Positions 57,704-64,000 of a stretch of DNA of 64,000 bases are shown here, piece after piece. The position numbers and the translations under genes were made by a program. Positions within the stretch are counted from its first letter, which is position 1. Each line of letters starts with the position of its first letter. Under the pieces are notes generated by a model, which saw only the letters and a program-made list of their open reading frames with translations, was not told where the DNA came from and did not search any database. Source of the stretch: Nitrospinales bacterium (GTDB taxonomy: Bacteria; Nitrospinota; Nitrospinia; Nitrospinales; VA-1); contig CBDCXL010000002.1 in the NCBI GenBank assembly GCA_965223795.1, positions 416,001 to 480,000 of the forward strand. Direction: 5' to 3'.

Positions 57704-58012
57704 TCACCCGTTTTGCATGAGGCTCCATTTGCCGGGGCCCATGAGGAAGATGGCGGCCAGCGCGGCGATGAGGACGAAGTTGTACTCGAATCCGCCGTTG
57801 ACGATGTTGAAGCCGTTGGGACCGGTCGCGGTGGCGATGGCCACGAGCATGGTAAAGATGAGGGGCAGCGAGGCCCAGCGGGCGAACGCGCCGAGGAGGA
57901 GCGCGAAGCCGCCGAAAAACTCGGTCATCGCCGCGAGGTAGGCGTTGAGCGCGGGAAACGGGATTCCCAGTTTGGTGAGGTAGCCTGTGAATCCCACGAT
58001 GCCGGGACCATG
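57704..58012 (-). pseudogene. DoxX family protein, N-terminally truncated
   Basis: C-terminal DoxX motifs (EFFGG, GGFEY, GPGKWSL); in-frame TAA shortly upstream removes the first TM and the HGxQK segment. Confidence 0.7.
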
Positions 58013-58047
58013 AGAAAGGTAGCAGCAGGGGCCGTGTTACGACCTCT

Positions 58048-58176
58048 GAGATTTTTGCATAAGTCAGCTTGTTAAAGAAATAGGGACTTATTGTCACCCT
58101 GAGCTTGTCGAAGGGTGCAGGGAATCATGCTTCGACAAGCTCAGCATGACAGGTCATCGACTTATGCAAAGATCTC
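58048..58176. mobile_element. ~129-bp MITE-like element: 18-bp TIRs enclosing a REP-A doublet (58092-58151)
   Basis: gagatttttgcataagtc (58048-58065) / gacttatgcaaagatctc (58159-58176), 1 mismatch. Confidence 0.7.
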
Positions 58177-58195
58177 GGTCTCCGGGGGATGCGGA

Positions 58196-58957
58196 TCACA
58201 ATTCTTCGGCGATCAGCGCCTTGAGCCGGGTGCGCAGGCGGAACACGGCTTTGGAGTGGATCTGGGACACGCGCGATTCGGTGATGCTCAACACCTCGCC
58301 GATCTCTTTCATGGTCAGCTCTTCGTAATAATAGAGCGAGATCATGAGCCTTTCCTTTTCGGGCAATTGATCGATGGCTTTGGCGATGATCTCCTTGAGC
58401 TCGTTCAGGCGCAATTGCGTCTGCGGATCGGAGTCTCCCTTGCCGGCAAGGCAGTCGAGCAGGCTCTGCTGCTCTCCGGTGTCTTTGGCGATTCCCAGAT
58501 CCTCCAGGCTCAATACGGGCATGCTTCGTGTCTCGTTGATGGTGTCAAATAATTCGTTGAGGTTCAGTCCCATTTCCGAGGCGACTTCTTCATCCTCGGG
58601 TGGGCGTCCGAGCTGGCTTTGCAGCCTCTGCACCACCGAGTCGAGCGAGGCGGCTTTCTGCCGCACGGAGCGCGGCACCCAGTCCATGGAACGCAGCTCG
58701 TCCAGAATCGCGCCGCGGACGCGGAACTCGGCGTAAGTCTTGAATTTCGCGCCGCGCGAAGGATCGTATTTCTGAATCGCGTCGATCAGCCCGAGCACGC
58801 CCACGCTGATCAGATCGTCCACCTCGATGTGGGGCGGCAGCCGCATGGCGATGCGGTTGGCCACGTACTTGATCATCGGGCCGTATTCCTTGATCACCGC
58901 GTCGCGGTTCTCCACGGATATTTCGATTTCCTGAGCGACCTGCGCTTTTTCCGCCAT
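58196..58957 (-). CDS. fliA: RNA polymerase sigma-28 factor
   Basis: DDLISVGVLGL, YAEFRVRGAILDELR..DWVPRS, YYEELTMKEIG, ESRVSQIH. Confidence 0.96.
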   Translation of the reverse strand: MAEKAQVAQEIEISVENRDAVIKEYGPMIKYVANRIAMRLPPHIEVDDLISVGVLGLIDAIQKYDPSRGAKFKTYAEFRVRGAILDELRSMDWVPRSVRQKAASLDSVVQRLQSQLGRPPEDEEVASEMGLNLNELFDTINETRSMPVLSLEDLGIAKDTGEQQSLLDCLAGKGDSDPQTQLRLNELKEIIAKAIDQLPEKERLMISLYYYEELTMKEIGEVLSITESRVSQIHSKAVFRLRTRLKALIAEEL

Positions 58958-58972
58958 TCAATCGTTCCTGGT

Positions 58973-59221
58973 TTAAACCGTTTCGTCTAAATGGGCGCCC
59001 TTTTGCTCGCTGTCGGGCTCTTCGGGCGGCGTCTCGTCCTTTTGCTCCAGGAAGAAGCCGCCCAGAAACCAGGCCAGAACGCCGAACAACAGCGCTCCCT
59101 GGGCTCCCCGCATCAGGGCGGTCACGATCCTCGCTCCGCTCAACGCGCTCCCGAACGTGAGGACTGCAAAGGAAAGGAGCGCGAAGATGAGCGCCATCTT
59201 TTTGATGCCGGTGCTGCTCAT
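58973..59221 (-). CDS. Small two-TM hypothetical protein in flagellar operon
   Basis: Start overlaps flhG stop; two TM helices and an acidic tail. Confidence 0.7.
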   Translation of the reverse strand: MSSTGIKKMALIFALLSFAVLTFGSALSGARIVTALMRGAQGALLFGVLAWFLGGFFLEQKDETPPEEPDSEQKGAHLDETV

Positions 59222-60084
59222 TGAACCTGAAACGCGCTTCTCCAAAAGAAGGGACGGTCGGCGCCGTCCGGTTCCACCGGTTTTTCATGCACCAGTTTTT
59301 CGGACAGGGTCTGGATGCACTGGCTCATCTTGCTGTAGGGGTACAGTTCCATCACGGCTTTCTGCTGGCGCACCGCTTTGGGCACGTTGGCGTCGGACAG
59401 AATGAAGCCCATGTATTCGACCGAGATGTGCTTCAGGAATTTGTCGGTCACGGCTGAAAGGTTCCTGAAAACCACTTGCGCTTCTCTTTCCGATTCGACT
59501 GAATTGATGATGAGGCGAAAATGCTTTTGCGCGTGCTTCAGATGCAGAACCTTGATCAGCGCGTAAACGTCGGTCAAAGAGGTGGGTTCCGTGGTCGCGA
59601 TCAGGACGATCTCGTGAGCGGCGCTGCAAAAATAGGTGACGTTGTTCGAGATCCCCGCGCCGGTGTCGAACAGAAGAAAATCGTAACCCTGGCTGACCCG
59701 GTCCAGCTCGTCCATGAGACGCATTTTCGTCCCGCTTTCAAGCTGGGTCAGCTCCTGCAGTCCGTCCCCCGCAGGCAGCACTCCCATGCCCGCAGGCCCC
59801 TGCACGATGATTTCATCGACGTTCTTTTCACCGGACAAAACATGCCCGATGTGGAACCTGGGAGTCAGCCCGAGGAGGATGTCGATGTTGTTGAGTCCCA
59901 GATCGGCATCGACGACCAGGACCCGCTTGCCCCGTTTTGAAAGGGAGTAGGCCAGGTTGGCGACCACGTTGGTTTTGCCAACGCCGCCCTTACCGCTGCT
60001 GACAGCCAACACCCTGAGTGGGGAATTTTTCATTTGATTGGTGATAAGACTCCTTAATGTGGCTGCCTGATCGTAACGCTCCAA
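59218..60084 (-). CDS. flhG: MinD-like flagellar number regulator FlhG/FleN
   Basis: DQAATLR, SGKGGVGKT, DADLGL, DTGAGI, EPTSLTD. Confidence 0.94.
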   Translation of the reverse strand: MERYDQAATLRSLITNQMKNSPLRVLAVSSGKGGVGKTNVVANLAYSLSKRGKRVLVVDADLGLNNIDILLGLTPRFHIGHVLSGEKNVDEIIVQGPAGMGVLPAGDGLQELTQLESGTKMRLMDELDRVSQGYDFLLFDTGAGISNNVTYFCSAAHEIVLIATTEPTSLTDVYALIKVLHLKHAQKHFRLIINSVESEREAQVVFRNLSAVTDKFLKHISVEYMGFILSDANVPKAVRQQKAVMELYPYSKMSQCIQTLSEKLVHEKPVEPDGADRPFFWRSAFQVQ

Positions 60085-60111
60085 TTTCGCGCTCCTTAAT
60101 TTACTTGGATT

Positions 60112-61197
60112 TCAGTTAAAAATCAAACGAATTACCTTTTCTTTCTCCGCAACTTCCAAATCCTCGGGAACGCGCTGCCCGGTTGTGAAGTAAGAAAAGG
60201 GAATGCGCGTGCGCATGAAAAAATTCACAAGCGGCCCGAACATCAGGCCTTCGTCGAGTTTGGTGAACACGACGCGGTCGATGCCCAAAGAGGAAAATTG
60301 TCTGCACGCGGCGTGCATCTGGTTCTCCTGCGCGGTGACTTCCAGAACGAGCTGGGTTTCGATGCTGCCCAGTTCGTTGAACAGCACCTTGAGCTGCCCG
60401 GAATACGAACGGTCCCTGTGGCATTTGCCCATCGTGTCGATCAGAATGAGATCTTTGTCCGTGTGCGTGCGCGCGATCTGCTTCAGCTCGTTGCGGTTCT
60501 GCGCGAGCGCGACGGGAATTTTTAAAATGTCGCCATAAATGCGCAGCTGATCGAACGCCCCCATGCGGTAGGTGTCGAGCGAAACCAGAGCGACTTTCTT
60601 TTTCTGCCGGAGCGTGAAATCCGCCGCCAGCTTGGCGATGGTCGTGGTTTTGCCCGCGCCCGTAGGACCTACAAAAACAACCTTTTTTGTGCGCTTCGGA
60701 TCGAGTTCGATGCCGCCTTTAAAGACCAGCACCTTCTCCATCAGCGCCTGCACGCGGGCCTGATCGTCACCGGGGCCTGCGTCCGGCTTCGGCTGGTTTT
60801 CACAACAGGCCTTCTCGATGAACCGGGAGGCCAGCTGTTCCTGCAAGCCGCGTTCGAGCAGACGCGAGTAGATGCCGATCTGATGCGGCTTGAGCCCCAG
60901 CGCCTGGGCCTGCTGGCTTTCACTCAACAGCGCGCGGAACACCGATTTCAGATCGTAGTCTTCCTCGCCGGAAAAATCGATGCGATCCCATTCCTCTCCG
61001 CGGGAAAACGCAACCGCTTCTTTTCTGCCGACGTATTCGATGGCGGCGGTGATCTCGACGACCGGCGCCGCGCCGTTCGAACCGGGTTCGTCTTTCAGCG
61101 AGCGCGTGCTCAGGATGAGCGCGTTCTCGCCCAGTTCTTTTTTCACCTGGGTCAGGGCGTCTGTGTAATTGGATGCGACGAAGCGTCTAATTCGCAT
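60112..61197 (-). CDS. flhF: Flagellar biosynthesis GTPase FlhF
   Basis: ELGENALILSTR, GPTGAGKTTT, DTYR, TKLDE, GQRVPEDL. Confidence 0.95.
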   Translation of the reverse strand: MRIRRFVASNYTDALTQVKKELGENALILSTRSLKDEPGSNGAAPVVEITAAIEYVGRKEAVAFSRGEEWDRIDFSGEEDYDLKSVFRALLSESQQAQALGLKPHQIGIYSRLLERGLQEQLASRFIEKACCENQPKPDAGPGDDQARVQALMEKVLVFKGGIELDPKRTKKVVFVGPTGAGKTTTIAKLAADFTLRQKKKVALVSLDTYRMGAFDQLRIYGDILKIPVALAQNRNELKQIARTHTDKDLILIDTMGKCHRDRSYSGQLKVLFNELGSIETQLVLEVTAQENQMHAACRQFSSLGIDRVVFTKLDEGLMFGPLVNFFMRTRIPFSYFTTGQRVPEDLEVAEKEKVIRLIFN

Positions 61198-63274
61198 TTA
61201 AGTTCACGACCTCCAGAGTTTTGATCTGCACGGACGGCATCACTTCGCTGTGCGACAACACGACCAGGTCCGGCAGAAACCGCTCGGTGAAACGCCTGAG
61301 GTGCAGGCGGATGGTCGGCGACGCGAGCAGGATGGGCGACGATTCCAGCCTCGGCGCGATGGCCTCCATGGTCTCTTTCAAACGGGTCAACAGTTTCTCC
61401 GCCACGTTGGGCTCGAGCGCCAGGTACGAGACGGTTTCGGTTTTCTGGATCGAGCCTTCGATCACATCCTCGACGGACCTATCGAGCGTCAGCACCGACA
61501 GCGTGCCGTCGGTGGACTGGTACTGCTTGGTGATGGGCCGGGCCAGTGACTGACGCACGAACTCGGTGAGCAGATCGGTGTCCTGGGTGGAGATGGCGCT
61601 GTCGGCCAGCTGCTCTAGAATGGTGCGCAGATCGCGGATGGAGATCTGCTCCTTGAGCAGGTTCTGCAGCACCTTCTGCACTTTGCCCAGGCTCAGCACG
61701 TTGGGGATCAGCTCTTCCACCACCTTGGGATTGGATTCCTTGAACTTGTCGATCAGGGCCTGGGTTTCCTGACGGCCCACCAGCTCGTGCGCGTGGCGTT
61801 TGATGGTCTCCTTGATGTGGGTGGTGATCACGGTGGCGGGATCGACCACGGTGTAGCCCGCCATCTGCGCCTCCTGCTTGGCGCTGGCGGGAATCCAGAC
61901 CGCGGGCAGTCCGAACGTCGGTTCCTGGGTGGGGATGCCTTCGAGCTGCTTCTCGGTGGTGCCGGGATTCATGGCCATGAGCCGTCCCATCATGATGGTG
62001 CCGCGCGCCACCTCCACGCCCTTGATGACGATGGCGTAATCGCTGGACTTGAGCTGCAGGTTGTCGCGGATGTGCAGCGGCGGCACGATGAAGCCCATCT
62101 CCAGCGCGAACTGACGGCGGATCGATTTGATGCGGTCCAACAGCTCGCCGTTGCGGTCCGCGTCGACCAGGGGAATCAGCTCGTAGCCCACTTCCAGCTC
62201 CATGACGTCGAGCGGCAGGATGGATTCGACCCGCTCGGTGACGGGCGCTTTCGCTTCTTCCTCACGCTTGCGGATCTCCTGCACCTCCACGCGCTTGATC
62301 TCGCCGAAACGGTAGTAGGCGATGACGCCCGCGATGGTGCCGAGCAGAAAGAACGGCAGGTGCGGCAGGCCGGGAATGAGCCCGAAGAAGAACAGCGAGA
62401 TCGAAGCGATGACGAAGGCGAAGGGCTGGTTGAGCAGCTGGCCCAAAAGTTCGAACGGCAGGTTCTTGTCGGAAACGGCGCGCGTCACCACGAGGCCGGC
62501 GGCGGTGGAGACGGTGAGCGCCGGAAGCTGGGACACCAGGCCGTCGCCGATGGTGAGCAGGGTGTAGACCTGCGCCGCCTGGGAGACGTCCAGGCCCTGC
62601 TGGAACACGCCGATGCTGAAGCCGCCGATGATGTTGATCAGCGTGATCAGGATGCCGGCGATGGCGTCGCCGCGCACGAAGCGGATGGCGCCGTCCATCG
62701 CGCCGTAAAAATCGGCTTCCCGCTCCAGGGTCTGGCGGCGGTTGCGCGCATCCTGCTCGGTGATGATGCCGGCGTTGAGGTCGGCGTCGATGCTCATCTG
62801 CTTGCCGGGGATGGCGTCGAGCGTGAACCGCGCCGCCACTTCCGAGGTGCGCACCGAACCTTTGGTGATGACGATGAAGTTGATCATCACCAGGATGATG
62901 AAGATGACCGTGCCGACCACGTAGTTGCCGCCGACGACAAACGAGCCGAACGACTGGATCACCTGCCCGGCGGCGGCGGGGCCGTCGCCGCCGTTCAAAA
63001 GGATGATGCGCGTCGAGGCGACGTTGAGCGAAAGCCGGATCAACGTCACGATCAGAAGCAGCGAGGGAAAGACCGAAAACTCCAGCGGCGCTTTCATGAA
63101 CACCGCCACCAGCAGGATGATGATGGAAAAGGTCAGGCTGAACGACAGAAAGATGTCGAGAAAAAACGTCGGGATCGGCATGACCATGACGGTCAGGATG
63201 ATGATGACGCCGAAGGCGACGCCGATTTCCTGCGGCCGCTCGGTCAATACCCGCAATGGATTGCTGCGCGCCAT
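61187..63274 (-). CDS. flhA: Flagellar export protein FlhA
   Basis: FSVFPSLLL, EVAARFTLDAIPGKQMSIDADL, FYGAMDGA, IRDNLQL. Confidence 0.98.
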   Translation of the reverse strand: MARSNPLRVLTERPQEIGVAFGVIIILTVMVMPIPTFFLDIFLSFSLTFSIIILLVAVFMKAPLEFSVFPSLLLIVTLIRLSLNVASTRIILLNGGDGPAAAGQVIQSFGSFVVGGNYVVGTVIFIILVMINFIVITKGSVRTSEVAARFTLDAIPGKQMSIDADLNAGIITEQDARNRRQTLEREADFYGAMDGAIRFVRGDAIAGILITLINIIGGFSIGVFQQGLDVSQAAQVYTLLTIGDGLVSQLPALTVSTAAGLVVTRAVSDKNLPFELLGQLLNQPFAFVIASISLFFFGLIPGLPHLPFFLLGTIAGVIAYYRFGEIKRVEVQEIRKREEEAKAPVTERVESILPLDVMELEVGYELIPLVDADRNGELLDRIKSIRRQFALEMGFIVPPLHIRDNLQLKSSDYAIVIKGVEVARGTIMMGRLMAMNPGTTEKQLEGIPTQEPTFGLPAVWIPASAKQEAQMAGYTVVDPATVITTHIKETIKRHAHELVGRQETQALIDKFKESNPKVVEELIPNVLSLGKVQKVLQNLLKEQISIRDLRTILEQLADSAISTQDTDLLTEFVRQSLARPITKQYQSTDGTLSVLTLDRSVEDVIEGSIQKTETVSYLALEPNVAEKLLTRLKETMEAIAPRLESSPILLASPTIRLHLRRFTERFLPDLVVLSHSEVMPSVQIKTLEVVNLNAN

Positions 63275-63318
63275 GTGTCAGTGTTCCTCTGAATTGCTAT
63301 GCGTGTTTGCAGCCAGTG

Positions 63319-63999
63319 TCATAAAGGGCTCTTGCCTTTCAGGCGGTAGACGTAAGCGAGGATCTCCGCCACCGCCTTGTAGAGGCTGGCGGGGATCAGC
63401 TGGCCCACTTCGACGGTTTTGTGCAGCACGCGCGCCAGGGGTTTGTCCTCGACGATGGGCACGTCGTTGTCCTGGGCGATGATGCGGATCTTCTTGGCGA
63501 TCGCCCCCGCGCCCTTGGCGACGACGATGGGCGCGTCGTAATTTTCCAGATCGTACTTGATGGCCACCGCCAGTTCGGTGGGGTTGGTCACCACCACGTC
63601 GGCTTCCGGCACGGCGGACATCATGCGCCGGCGCGCCATTTCGGTCTGCACCGCGCGGATGCGCTGCTTGATCTGCGGATTTCCCTCGGTTTCCTTGCGT
63701 TCGTCCTTCACCTCCTGCTTGGTCATGCGCAGGTTTTCCAGGTAGGTGTAGCGCTGGAAGGTGTAGTCGAGCGCGGCGAGCAGGATCATCGCCAGCAGCA
63801 CCTTGAACATGATCTCCAGCGCCACCTCGCCCATGAACACCATGCTCTGCCCGACGCCGTAGCCCATGAGCGGCGGGATCTGATCCCAGTGGCTCTTGAT
63901 GGTGAAATAGGCGATGACCGACACGAGCGTGATCTTGAACAGGGACTTGAACAGCTCCATCAGCGAGTTCTTCGAGAAGATCCTGCCGAATCCCTTGAT
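63319..63999 (-). CDS. flhB: Flagellar export protein FlhB (5'-truncated by window edge)
   Basis: MTKQEVKDE, EGNPQIK, VVTNPT cleavage site, PIVVAKG. Confidence 0.95.
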   Translation of the reverse strand: MKGFGRIFSKNSLMELFKSLFKITLVSVIAYFTIKSHWDQIPPLMGYGVGQSMVFMGEVALEIMFKVLLAMILLAALDYTFQRYTYLENLRMTKQEVKDERKETEGNPQIKQRIRAVQTEMARRRMMSAVPEADVVVTNPTELAVAIKYDLENYDAPIVVAKGAGAIAKKIRIIAQDNDVPIVEDKPLARVLHKTVEVGQLIPASLYKAVAEILAYVYRLKGKSPL

Positions 64000-64000
64000 G

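Noticed and set aside
57684..58097. 137-aa ORF as a frameshifted DoxX N-terminus
   Set aside because: It starts inside the MITE-like element and has no DoxX-like sequence; truncation fits better than a frameshift

Overview
A GC-rich, mostly housekeeping stretch of a bacterial chromosome. The taxon is inferred, not verified: probably a marine or saline chemolithoautotroph of the Nitrospina (Nitrospinota) type. This rests on the end of a five-subunit-type 2-oxoacid:ferredoxin oxidoreductase operon (gamma plus epsilon subunits, an rTCA-cycle marker), Na+-type flagellar stator signatures and betaine genes. Core content: ndk, PTPS-folE, phoH-ybeY-HIT-mutS, DUF4390-NtrY-like kinase, ALDH, tag, a TonB receptor, an EF-G paralog with ihfA-merR, der, an amidase, ribD-ribE-ribBA-ribH-nusB, motAB, cinA, purE-tsaC-acpS-lpxL, SDMT/BCCT and flhB-flhA-flhF-flhG-fliA. 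I found no rRNA, tRNA, CRISPR array or transposase. The most unusual signal is a set of at least four modular, nested palindromic repeat families. They include a ~129-bp TIR-bounded MITE-like element (two copies) and a cluster at 41.9-45.6 kb, where inverted composite repeats bracket small unrelated cargo genes next to a GxxExxY (PD-(D/E)XK-like) nuclease gene that has its own 27-bp inverted repeat. Several signalling proteins look like pseudo-enzymes: a REC/HD-GYP protein upstream of motAB and a CheB lacking its catalytic Ser. A peroxiredoxin-like protein has a non-canonical active-site motif.
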